Origin: Selaginella moellendorffii
Lineage: Eukaryota > Plantae > Lycopodiophyta
Assembly: GCF_000143415.4 (NCBI RefSeq)
Contig: NW_003314270.1
Location: 854,928-912,543 of the forward strand
Length of the DNA stretch: 57,616 nt
Direction of reading: 5' to 3'
Shown: positions 37,047 to 49,039 of the stretch, in pieces
Layout: each line of letters begins with the position of its first letter
Numbering within the stretch: position 1 is the first letter of the stretch
Made by a program: the position numbers and the translations under genes
The notes under the pieces: model-generated
Seen by the model: the letters and a program-made list of their open reading frames with translations, nothing else
Told to the model about the DNA's origin: nothing
Database searches by the model: none

Positions 37047-40000
37047 TCACTCTTGGTTGGGCGAGATCTTTCTAAAGCGATGGTTGAGGCTGGATCCTTG
37101 CCTCCTCTCGGATGGAAGCGGCGTCCCCATTCGTATCGCTCGCTGCTGCTCAGCGATGCTCTTCCCCAGCATGATGGGCCTGGGAAGCACTCCCAAGTTT
37201 GCGTGATCCACTCGTGCCTTGGCGGGCGACGATGGTGATGGCGTCGCCACCGAGGGCTTGAACCACTGCGAGAGAGCTGCTGGATGCAACCGGATCTTCC
37301 CCAGGCTCTCCTTTCCATTGAAACGCAGTTTAAGTTTTCTCAGCAGCGCAGCCAAAGCTTGACCGTTCCTGAAGGAAGCAAAAAAAAAAAAAAAAAAAAA
37401 AAAACTATCTTTATGAGAAGAACAAAGAAGGAGCGAGGAGCTACCTCCTGGTAACTGTAATGGCTTTTACTCGTCCATCCGGGAGGATCACCGATTTCCT
37501 TGTTGTCTCGAACTTTATGGTGACAAAAGGAAGTTCTGCGCCTGGATTGGTAAAAAGAAACAACATCAGGACTTGAAAGGCATTTATTTTCTTCGCGTAC
37601 CAGCTGCACAGCGACGCCGAAGGGCTTTCAGTATCGTAAGCAAACACACCTGTTGTGCAGACGAGCATTTCCAAGTCAGTAATAGACGTGGGATGAAATG
37701 AGACGATACCTCCGCCGTGTAAATAGGCAGTCCATCTGCTTCGAAAACGATCGGCTCGCCGTCGCATTTGAATGCTGGCACTACACCGATTGATGAGGCT
37801 TCCTAAACAAAATATATAAACTTTTAACAATGATCTCTCCAACAGAATCGAAACGAATTACCTCGTACAAAGCTGAGGCTCGAGGGTCGTAAACTCCAAA
37901 GCCCTCCACCAAGTGCTTGTTTGGAGAGGAAGTTTGGAACACGAGACCAGTATCTGCTCTTTCGGATGACTCTGGAATTCGTAGACAAGCGAGTAGTCTC
38001 GAAAGTACTGGCAGTGTAGGCTGTGCTCCACCCGAAAGTGTCTGGCGGAAACATGCAAGGGCCCAGGAAAGCCTGCAATGTTTCCTTGATTATCCAAGTG
38101 ATAGCAGGAAAACCCGACTTGAGACTTAAACTTACCATTGGCCATGCGGTTTCTGATTGTCGTCTACCATCCACAACGGGTTTACCGAGGAAGCAAGCTT
38201 CGGAGGTCCAATGGAGCTCCGGATGCCTTCCAGACAAATACCTTCGTGCACAACATGGGCTCAATACAGATTTCCAAAGCACCAGCAAGCAACATACCTA
38301 TTATGTTGTCACACATAGCCAAGTTTGGAACTATACCATCCGCAATTGCGTGGGTGTACAAGTTGAGAGCGATGCCAGCCTCGTTTTCCCTGTCAAAAAA
38401 GAAAGAAAAAAAAAAACGAGCATTAGCTACGAGCAAGGGAGAATAAACATACCATGCTCCTGACAAACAGCACCTACAATGCATGCAAACAGACAAACCA
38501 TCCGATCAAATAGAGAAGAATACTTCTCACAAGCCTCCAGCAAAATACTGTAAGTTAATTGATTAGGAGAAACCCCCGCTTCTTTCAGCTCTTCCAAGCT
38601 TTGGAGCGCATTCTGGAATTGCTTCCCTCGACCTGCAAGCACAACATCGCATTTAACTTATACAAAACTCCGTGTACAAGCTTACACAAGGCTGTCATAA
38701 GGGCGTTAAGAGTGGAAACGCTGGGTCGAATTCCCACTGCCTGTATATTTTCGTAAAGAAATATAGCTTTCTCCCAGTTTCCTGTCTGGCCACGAAGTAT
38801 TTCATCAAGTAAGTTCAAATAATTAGCATTGTAATAACTCACATTGCTACAGACTCCCATTAGGGAGCTGAATATCACAGGACCAGGAACAAGAGAATAC
38901 TTTTCAACTTCTTGTAATACATCAAAAGCACAGTCGATTTTACTAGCATGGCCAGCAACATCAATCAAAGCACTAAAGAAAATCTGCATAATACAAATCA
39001 AGTGAACACACACAAAGAAATAGGAGCACAAATCGTTACCTCGTCTGGTTTCACACCATCTTTCTTCATATCATCGTAGATGGAAAATGCACGCTCCAAA
39101 TTGCCACTACTGCTGCATGCATGAACAGCTGCTGTATAAGGCTCTGGGCATCCTCCAATTCCACGCTTGCGCATCATTGTGTAAACTTCATAGGCAGAGT
39201 CTCCCTGGAAAATTTAGCTGTCACAACAAGGCCATAGAAATCATAAAAACCGCTTACATCTCCTGCTTTTGAGCATGCATCTATGAGCGAACACATTGTG
39301 ACATGATTTGGATTGATAGGATTTTCAGACTTCAACTCTGTGAACACCTCAAATGCTCTTTTCACCGCGCCAGACCGACCACAAGCGTTGATAAGCGAGT
39401 TGAAAATGACTCGATCGGGTTTTATTTTCTGTCCAACAATGGATCACGTAAAATTGCCGCTAATCGTTGAATCAAATGATGTAAACCTTTGAGAGCATGA
39501 TTCTGTAAATTCCAAAAGCCTTTGCAAGTTCACCAGTTCGAGCGCAGCCATCGATGATCGCTCCATATGTAAGAAGGTTGGCTTCAACTCCAACACTTTC
39601 CATTTCACGGTAAACCTGTGCTAAAACCGAGTTAGTCCAATGAAGGATGGGACCAGGATTTCTTGCCTGAAAGACAAGATCTGTCTTAAGAGCCTTTGAA
39701 CAAGTTGAGATTAGAGTAGTATAAATCATGCAGTCTGGCTTAAAACCAGCTCGTTTCAGTGCCGCAAAAGCTCCAAAAGCCCCTGTTTGCCATCCAAAAC
39801 AAGTACTTCAAAAAACTTAGAAAAATGCTTAATACCATTCATATCTCCTGCGTTGCAGCAGACTGAAAGAAGCATATTATAAGTGCTTAGCGTCGGAGAC
39901 TTGATCAACCCGGTGTATCTGAAAGCCTCTTCCACAGCCAATTGTCTTTTACATTCTTGGTAGAATCGTGCATGATAGACCTGCAAAACTCAGCCACTTC

Positions 40001-40935
40001 CTTCCCTTCATCAATAAACCTGAGCAAGAAAAATAGTCGTCGAAATTACCTTGTTCATATCCAAGGTTCCTTTCTTCTCCATCTCCTCGAGAACCTCCAA
40101 ACTTTCTCGAATTCTGCGATTTAGACAAATTGTCAATGTGTCAAGCATGGAGATAAATGGAAAGTTCCAACCTTCGAGCTCTTATAAGTCTGTCATAGGC
40201 GATGAGATCCTCTTGTCCTCGAGGCGATGGCATCCTGGTGAATTTTTTTACTGCCTGTTCTAACACGGTCTCCTCCTTGGCTGGTAATTCGGGAGTATGC
40301 CTTTCGTCGCTTTCCAAAAGGCGAATGGGACTAAACTCGGCAACCTGGGCCAAATCATCTCGGGAAGTCGACGAATTCTGGGCTGGAGAAGAGATTTCTT
40401 GAAACTCTCGCGAAGTAAACGCAGTGGGAGCCTACAATGATTTTGCGTGGAAAACTATGAGTAAAGATATGAAACATTATTTTACCTGAAGCTTCCCATG
40501 CTCGATTTCGATTTCTAGACCTCCTCGTTGCTCAAGAACGGCCACCGCTGTGTCAAACTGCCGAAAATCCTCGCTTCCAATGCCGCTGGAGCTGCCGAAT
40601 TCTCGAAATTCTTGGCGATTATCCCTGGATTTGGAGGCGGCCGACGACGAATGCACATAGAACCAGTACATGGGGAGAACCGTGGCCGCCGCTGCCGTGG
40701 CCGCCAATGCCGCATCGAAGAAGAAATCCGAGTCGCTGGGGTGAGCTCCACACCTGGAGGAAGAAGATCCGCCGAAACCCTGCTTCCTGGGATGCTGGCG
40801 ATTGTGGCGTGGCGAGGATCCCGTCGCCTTGCAGCATTGCAATGCCGCCCTGGATTGTGATGCCGTGGCGGTGTAAGAGGACGAGGAAGAAGAGGCCGCC
40901 ATAGCCACCGATGCCGATGCCGCGGCGGCCTCCAT
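37047..40935 (-). CDS. MRL1: Chloroplast P-type PPR protein MRL1 (maturation of rbcL 1), multi-exon
   Basis: Ala/Ser-rich transit peptide; VYHARFYQECKRQLAVEEAF..PTLSTYNMLLSVC; GVEANLLTYGAIIDGCARTG; FFSALIDVAGHA; MRL1 C-domain AALLRKLKL..NG.ES.GKIR and IAEQQRAIR. The 3' end may include one more tiny exon. Confidence 0.9.
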
Positions 40936-40997
40936 GACCGCGCCTAAAACCTCAATCAAAACTCTACACAAAGTTGTTTTTTTCGCACGACGACATA

Positions 40998-41010
40998 TTC
41001 TGGAATATTC
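40998..41010. promoter_or_regulatory. Heat-shock-element-like motif upstream of MRL1
   Basis: TTC-tg-GAA-ta-TTC, ~65 bp upstream of the ATG. GATAAG repeats lie at ~41045-41054. Confidence 0.4.
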
Positions 41011-42844
41011 ACCGGCGTATTCTACCGTTCGTTTCTGCGGCGAAGATAAGATAAAAGTAGCCGTGGTCGTGTGTTCGATTCCACTGCAATACTTACCACT
41101 TATCTGTCACTAGCAAGGAGTTGTCACTACATTGAGACCAAGTTTATGAACTTGGTGATGAAGGTTACATTTTTACACAGTTTTGTTCACAATTCCTTTA
41201 TTGAATGTCTCTTATAAAAAATGATTCTAGAGAAGTTAAGAAAAACATTTTTTTTCAAAGTGAGGTGATTATTTAGATTCCTACCATTTATAAAAGATTT
41301 CATTAAGCTTGAAAATATATGGATGACACTTGTGATAAGCACTATTTATGAGTTCATAATAATCTTGTGTTTTTGTTTTTTTTGAGTTTTTATTTCATTG
41401 TGACAGTACTATATATTTAGTATTAAAGTTTTTACATTATTTTCAGTTCTAAACTGACAAAAAATCAATAACCTCTTTAAATAAAATAATTTTAAAGTGG
41501 TTTAAAATTAAATATAGCTAGGTTATTAAATAATATTAAATTTTCCTATGTTAATTAATTTTTTAATTTTTTTCTAATTTTTATTTTAACAAATATTAAA
41601 TTAATTAATAAATAAATAAAATTATTTATAAGTATTATTTATGATTTTTTGGTAACATTTTCCCTAATAACTATATCTACATTAGAAACTAGTTTATTAA
41701 TAATTTAAGTTAAGCAGTGATACATAATATGAGAGTTAAATAAGTAATACATATCGATAAAATTTAAAGTAAAAAATATCTATTTACAGCCTTAAGAAAA
41801 AATTTAAAGCAATTATACTAATATAATTACATAAAAAAATAATGTTATTTATATAAGTATTTTTTATGTTTAAAAATAAAATATATATTGATCAATATTG
41901 TGGCCATTCAAAAACATATAATATCCATATTAAATATTAAATATTAAAATTTTAATATAAAATTTGTATAAATTATTAATAAATATGATTATTATTCACT
42001 TTTTAATCATTATTTAAAATTACTACTAAAAATTATTATAAAAACAATTAAAAAATATATATAAGTATAAAGCATTAATGTACATGTATGAATTGAGTAT
42101 AATTAAAGTATATCGGTAAATATGAAAAAATATATTTATAAATGTTTTATTACTAATTAATGTTAAAAAATACTTCAGCTGCTATAACCTTTTTTAGTTA
42201 TATTTATAAATAATAATTATAGTTTACTAAAGTGGCTATAAATCAACATATCAAATTTGTTTAAAGAGAAATTAAAATAATCCAATCTACCATAATAAAT
42301 ATTTAATAAATATGTTAATAAATAAATTTATTTTCCAAGTTTTTGTAATATACTCTTTAAATTCTAACTAAAGAGTAATTTATTATTTCCTTTCTAGAAG
42401 ATATATTGGAATCATATGTGCATAGATATGGAGCCGTGGTTAAGGCTAAGAGACTCCATAACAAGGATCATAATATATCATTACTTGGATATTTATACAA
42501 ATTAAATTTAAGTACTTCAAAGATCTATTTTTTAATTTTGAAAATGATATATTAAATAATTGTTCAGTTACAAATGTTAAATGTTTAATTTGAAGTTATG
42601 ATGGGGTTGTCAAATAAATGTTTAGGTAACAGTAAATATATAAGTTATAAACAAAAAAACTATTTATGTATTTTTGTTAGTCAATGTCAAAATTTTTTTT
42701 TTATAAATTTCATATTTCTTATAATATATTTTTATTTATAGTAATTTTAATTTTAAATCTAACTTTCGAATATAGATAGCGTTGTTTGTGTAATTTTTTC
42801 CTTTTAGTTTCCTATTAAAGGTAATTTACCTTATTTAATATGAA

Positions 42845-42901
42845 GCTCTCGTGGCCTAATGGATAAGGCATCTGACTTGGGTTCGACTCCCACCGTGAGT
42901 G
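42845..42901 (+). pseudogene. tRNA-Arg remnant lacking the anticodon, the 3' anticodon strand and the variable loop
   Basis: GTGGCCTAATGGATAAGGC.TCTGACTT is the typical tRNA-Arg D arm and 5' anticodon stem. It joins directly to GGGTTCGACTCCCAC (T arm). Acceptor stem GCTCTCG/CGTGAGT, followed by TTTT. Confidence 0.8.
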
Positions 42902-43063
42902 TTTTAAATGACAGATGCTTTTTATACTTTCGTCGCAAGAATATTCTTGCGCTTAGGGTTCGAGGGTAGGGCAGGACAGGACGAGCGCTCGAATCGATCG
43001 AGCAGAAGGGCGGCATTCGGAGGAACAATGAGTAGTGGGATGTAGAATTTCGAGCAGGGAAGA

Positions 43064-45309
43064 ATGTCGTTCTCCGAGCCTAGGAAACACCATCAGCAGC
43101 AGCATCATCACCGAGGGAATCGCTACAACAGGAACAATTTCCGGTACCAGTTCGCTGGAGAGTCCTCCGATGGTTTCGACGAGATCATCGCCGAGGATGA
43201 GAAGATCACTGACCGTCTCTACATGGAGCTCACCGAGAATTTGAAGAATCGTGCCAAGTAAACAAGCTGACTTTAGTTTTTTCCTTGCCCTGAGAGTTCG
43301 TTTTCTTGTTCTTTTTGGGCAGGAGATGTGCCATGATGGAAGCACAAGTGGCAAAACGAAGCAACGAGCTCAAAGAAGAAGCAAAAGCTTTGGCCGAGGA
43401 AAAGAGATTGGTGGCAGCTTGGAAGAAAGAAGCTGCGGCTCTCCAGGCCAAGACCGAGGCAGAGGTGAGAGATGACTACCATCGATCATTTGGTTTGCTT
43501 AGAATTTAGTTTCCTTGTCGCAGCTAAGCGAGGTTCGACTTGAGAGGGAGCAACTGGAGCGCGCTAGCACTGATTTGGCAGTTCAGGTGCTTCTCTGAAC
43601 TAAAACTTGGCGTGAGCTTTGTTCTTCGTTGCTAGTAAATTCCGGATTTGCTCCATGGTGGAGCGCGTGGATGATGAAAAACATCCCTTCCCGCAAGTTC
43701 GATTCTTGCATCCGGATGAAGGTGTCCAGTGCTGAAGAAGCTTTTACTTGGACTCCTGCTTTTACAGTCTTGCCTGGTTTTTCTTTGCCACTGTTTCTTA
43801 CGTTTGATGGCAGATGGCGGAGCTGAAGAGGACGCAACGAGAAATGGACAAGCAGAAGGTATGCCTCGTTTTTTCTTCGTTTGTAGTAAGAGTTCTAGTG
43901 AAACTTTACAGACACCGTGTGCGCAGCCTATCCCTGAAACTGCACCAGAGAAAAGCACAGAGCTGGTTGCCGTGAGCAATGGAGAAGTTTTGGACGAAAT
44001 GCCGCTGGCGAAGCGCATCAAAATGAAGCATGAAGTCAAGAAAAAGGAGGAAGTTCAAGTGTTCGACAAAAGATTATTGTGAGATGCTAGCTTTTGGCTA
44101 ATTCTTGTTTCACTGACATGCTATTGTTTCAGAGTTGTTCAATCTGCGCTCCAAGAGGATGCTCCCGGGCTTTTTGAGGTAAAGCTTTTTGTGTTCCCTC
44201 ATCTCTGAAATGCCGCGTCTTGTAGCTACTTGAGGAAAGAGGACTGCTCGATGGCATGGACATCATTACGAATGTATGGGAAGAGGGAGATGGAAATACT
44301 TCGCAGACCGAAAGCTTCAGTGACTTAACAAGCGTTGTTGGGAAGGTGCTTCTGAGTTTGTATTTTTCTCTTTGGCCGCTAACCAAGATCGTGAGGACAG
44401 CTTTGGGGAACTTCATCTCAGTTGCTCAAGGAACACCGCTCGCGGGTACAAATGGCAAACTCGTCGAAGCCTCACTATTGCTTGGCTTGTTTAGTGACCC
44501 TGATCGAGCAGGCAAGTTTGTTTTTTCTCGAGTTTTTGTTTCTTTGTTAGTTCGTTTCCATCTAATACATGGTTGTATGCAGACTAGGCTTCTCAAGCAG
44601 CGAAAGTGGCCCGTGCGATGGGGCTGGTGTCGAGCACTGAATGCTTTTCTTTTTGTTTTCGAAAAGCACAACAGGCAAGGTTACTTCATTTCATGGACTC
44701 CTCAAAACAACTCGTCGCTGTACAGGATTGTAGTGGAGCGCCCGGAATACGGCTTCGCGACGTACTTTTTCGAGTTAGTTCAGTCCTTGCCAGTGAAATG
44801 GCAAGTCGATCGGCTCATCAAGGTGATGAGCTGCGTTTGCAACTGCAGAGCTGCGCTACTGGAGAATCGGCCACTGGAGGTACTTGGATTTGAATCTCTT
44901 TTGGTTTTGAGAAGAAGTTTGGTAACACGAGGGACGTTTTGATAACTCGAGGAACGTTTCAGGCTGGCAAGGATTTGCTTCCGGAAGAAGCTCGGGTGCT
45001 GGAAGACTATGGCTGGACGCCAAACACCGGCATTGGATCGCTGCTCAGCTTCTGTGACCGAGTCCTCCACGACTACAAGAGCGAGGACGAGGCCGCGGAG
45101 TGGAAGTCGAAGATTGGAAGGATGCTCATGGACGGGCACGACCACGGGAGCATCGTCTTGAAGCTCCCACGCAAGCTCGACACTGGCAATGTGAGTCTTC
45201 TCAGGTCTTTCGATCTCCCAGCTTAACTTTCCTTCGTTTGTAGATGATCGTGGTGAAACAAGAACTTGGAGACGCGCTTCCGCTGGCCATGAAAATGGAA
45301 GCTTGCTGA
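43064..45309 (+). CDS. Uncharacterised plant protein: N-terminal coiled coil plus a Trp-rich C-terminal domain (multi-exon)
   Basis: GC-rich exons with short introns. Coiled-coil-like CAMMEAQVAKRSNELKEEAK; C-domain RKWPVRWGWCR..FEKHNR|IVVERPEYGFATYFFEL..YGWTPNTGIGSLLSFCDRV. Boundaries inferred. Confidence 0.7.
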
Positions 45310-45682
45310 AAGAAGATCGCTAATTTTTGTACATGGTAAAAGAACTCTAACACTGTCCTCCTGTACAACCCTGTATAAAGTCTAAAAAAACTATGACATT
45401 GGAAATTTGAAAAGAGTATATTAAGTAACTCCTCTATTTTGTGCTTGGACTAGAGATATTTAAAATCTTAATAATTTTTTTAATCAATTTTTAACTTTTC
45501 CTATGGTCAAAGTTTTTCTAATTCATGGAAAGTTCTTTTTTCTTCATGGTCTTGTCAAAGCTCCCTCTCTCTTGCAACACAACACACACAGTAGCGCTTA
45601 TTTAAAACGCGCATAAACATACAAAAGCCAAGAAGAAACCAAGCAAAAAAGAAAGAAAAAAGGAGACACTAGAGCTCCTCTC

Positions 45683-48600
45683 TCAAGCTAGCGCTGGAGT
45701 AGGACCGTCATCCACGACTCTTTCCTCCTCCTCACTCTTTTCCTCACTCTTCTCCTCACTTTTTTTCTCACTGTCTCCATCTCCTCCCTGGAACCTCTGC
45801 CTGATTCGATCCAACTGGCCGGACTCGGCGGTCTTGAACGGCCTCGGCCCAAGAACTTCCACCAGATCGTTGTAGTGGAGAACCTCTCGCGCCAGTAGCT
45901 GCTGCGCGAGCTTCTCCAGGCCCTCCTTGTGCTCTTCCAGCAGCGCCACGGTTCTCTTGTAGGCCCGGTCTGTCCATTCCCGGACCTCCCGGTCGATGAG
46001 CTCGCCGGTCTCGTTGCTGTATGGCTTGGACAGCTCCATGCCGTCCTCTTTCTGGGGGAAGGATAGAAGGCCCACCTTTTCGCTGAATCCATACACGGCC
46101 ACCTGGGCGTAAGTTAGCCTCGTCACTCTCTCCAGGTCGTTTTGCGCTCCGGTCGAGATTTTTCCGAGCATGACCTGGAAACCAAAGGTAAGTTTACGTG
46201 AAGAAGAGAAAAGAACAAGCCTAGAACAAGAAAAGACCACCAAAAAGGTAGAAAAAGTTGACTTTTCTAACACAATGAGACTCAAGAAAGAAGAACAAAG
46301 GGATGAAGAAAGAGGAAGAAGAACGATGGAACTCAAGAAAAGAGCAAGGTTTTTTACCTGTTCAGCAGCACGGCCACCAAGAGCCATGCAAGTCATGTCT
46401 AGCATTTGCTCTTTCGTCATCAGCAAGTTCTCGTTTGGAAAGTACTGCGCGAAACCCAAAGCCGCTGAGCCACGAGGAACGATCGACACCTTGATCAGAG
46501 GCTCCGCATGCTCCAGAAACCAGCCCGCAACTGCATGTCCTGCCTCGTGGTACGCAACTGTTCTCCTTTCCTCGGGGCTTATCACCTAGAAATCCAATGT
46601 TGTAAGTATGAAGAAAAGAAGATACCACTTAAACCTTACCTTGTTTTTCTTCTCCATTCCACCAAGAACCCTGTCGATAGCTGCCTCGAAGTCCTTCATT
46701 GAGATCACTTTGTGCTCCTCTCTTGCGGCGCAAAGAGCAGCCTCATTGCAGACGTTTGCAATATCAGCCCCTGAAAATCCCACGGTAATTCTTGCCAAGT
46801 CTCCCACGAACTGCTCCGGATCCTGATCAAGCTTAAGTTTCTTGAGATAGATTCGGAAGATCTGTTCCCGGCCTTTGGCGTCTGGCTTGTCAAGAGCTAT
46901 CTGTCGATCGAATCGTCCAGGCCTCAAAAGCGCCTTGTCAAGGATATCTGGCCTGTTGGTGCCAGCTAGAACCACCACCCCCGCTGTCGTCGCAAAACCA
47001 TCCATTTCTACGAGAAGCTGGTTCAACGTGCTCTCACGCTCGTCATTTGCTCCAGCAAAACCGCCACGGCCTCTTGCTCTTCCGATCGCGTCGATCTCGT
47101 CGATGAATATTATACTGGGAGCACACTGCCGAGCTTGAGCGAACAGGTCCCTCACCCTGGACGGACCAACGCCAACGAACATCTCCATGAAGTCGGAACC
47201 GCTGATGGAAAGGAAAGGCACGGATGCTTCTCCAGCCGTTGCCTTTGCGAGTAAAGTTTTTCCAGTTCCGGGTGGTCCAACAAGCAGTGCTCCCTTTGGT
47301 ATCTTGGCGCCAAGTTCTTCGTACTTCTTGGGATTCTTCAGGAAGTGGACAAATTCCATAACCTCTTCCTTGGCTTCGTCACAACCAGCGACATCATTGA
47401 AAGTGACCTGCAAATTTCAGGCACAATTGATCAACCGCTAGAAACAAAGAAGCTGTAGCTACATACCTTGTCCTTGGCATTTTTGTTGATCTTAGTGACG
47501 TGGGCTTTTCCGACGTTGAAAATCCCACGGCCACCCATGCCTCCAGGACCACCGCCAATACCAAGTCCACCTTGAAGTCGGCGCGTCAAGTAGAATATCC
47601 CAGCGATCAAAAGAAGCGTAGGAGCCATGCTAGAAAGCTCCTGGAGCCAGCTGACCTCCGAAACATAGATAACAGGAACAAAGTCATGGGGATCTTTTCC
47701 GGCAGCAGCCTGCGCCTCTTCTAGCTTTCGCTCAAAGGATTCCACACTCCCGATGTTTATGTAATACTTCGGCGTACTATAGACCCGAGCGGGAGCTTGT
47801 GTGCTTGAACCAGTATCTGTTTGAAACTCAGACGAGTCCTCATCAATAGACGGTGATTGAGGTTGAGTTTGTTGACCTTGAGCTACTGGCGTCTCGCGAA
47901 CATATACTCTTGCGACCGCCTTATTCACAACCTCTATGTGATCAACGAGACCAGTCTCCAGAAGCTTGTTTTTGAACTCCTGGAAGCTGATCTGCTGCGA
48001 AGTGTTGATAGTTAGAACATTTTCCTTATGACTGAAAGCAATCGAAACTTTACCTGGCGCGTACCGTTGAACCTCACAGATAATGAGCTGAGAAGAATCG
48101 CAAGACCTATCGCTGTTGAAATATATGACTGCAGTTGGGCCTTAGATACCTCCTTGAAACCTTTATCACCCTCATTCTTGGGATCCTCTGCGCAAGACAA
48201 GACCTCTGTCAGAAAAGAAAAGAAAAGAAAAGATCAAAAAAGAAAACAGCACCATGTTTTTGCTCTGCTCTTTGTTCAGCACGACCCTTTGGAAGATCTT
48301 TCTTGTTCTTAGGATGATAGTTCTCATATCCTAATAGTTTACATAACATTAGACCACATTGTTTCACAAAAAAAGGGAGCATACCTTTGTTTTTCGGAGC
48401 TTCGGAACAAAACTGTCTTTTGAGAATCGTTCTCCGCGGAGTAGCACCTTGCAAAGTGGCTGACAAAGGCTTGTTGCCTAGCTTGGCAAGAGATTTTTTC
48501 TCCAAGTCCACCAAAAGCTTAGAAAACCTGGAATCTGATACGAATCGCTTCTCCAACCCTTCCCGATAGCTGCATGAGGGTGCGCTGGCAGCATCGGCCG

Positions 48601-48750
48601 AGAATGCGCGTCCAGAGCAAGCCAAATCCTCAAAAACCTTGAAAAATCCCCAGCCTCAGCACGAGAGTTCGAGCTGGAAATCCAGCGCCATACCTTTATC
48701 AGGTGCTGCCGTCGCCGCCGGACCGCTGCCACTGCATAGCGCCGAAACAT
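45683..48750 (-). CDS. FTSH3/FTSH10: Mitochondrial m-AAA metalloprotease FtsH (AFG3-like, FTSH3/FTSH10 type), multi-exon
   Basis: Arg-rich presequence, [16 protein letters not shown], Walker [25 protein letters not shown], zinc motif [13 protein letters not shown]. Confidence 0.93.
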
Positions 48751-48945
48751 CTAGACCTCGCGATCAAACAGGGCTTCGCTCCGGCAATCTGATGCTCGCC
48801 TGGGAATCACACCTCCAACACGCGCACCGCGACCGCCAGAGCACGATCAAGCATAGCGCCTTCTACCGCTGCTTCCTTCTAACCCTAGACGCCATTTGTT
48901 CTTTAGAGAGGCATGACAAAGAGAAGGGTTTTTTTCTCGAGGCTC

Positions 48946-49033
48946 TGACGTGGCGAGTTTTGGCGGCTAAGGTTAAGTCGGCCGGATAACGTCTAGTAAA
49001 AAGTCAAATTTCTTTACCACACAGAAACCCTAA
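48946..49033. promoter_or_regulatory. Shared divergent promoter elements (ACGT G-box-like motif and telo-box)
   Basis: TGACGTGGC at 48946-48954 and AAACCCTAA at 49025-49033, in the 289-bp gap between FtsH and the PPR gene. Confidence 0.4.
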
Positions 49034-49039
49034 AAGTAT

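Noticed and set aside
41080-41100. ATACTTACC resembling the U1 snRNA 5' end, and a B-box-like GTTCGATTCC nearby
   Set aside because: Similarity stops after 9 nt; no U1 body or tRNA cloverleaf.
42425-42490. tRNA/SINE-like patch (ggagccgtggttaaggc...gactcc)
   Set aside because: No B box or tail; too degenerate to support.
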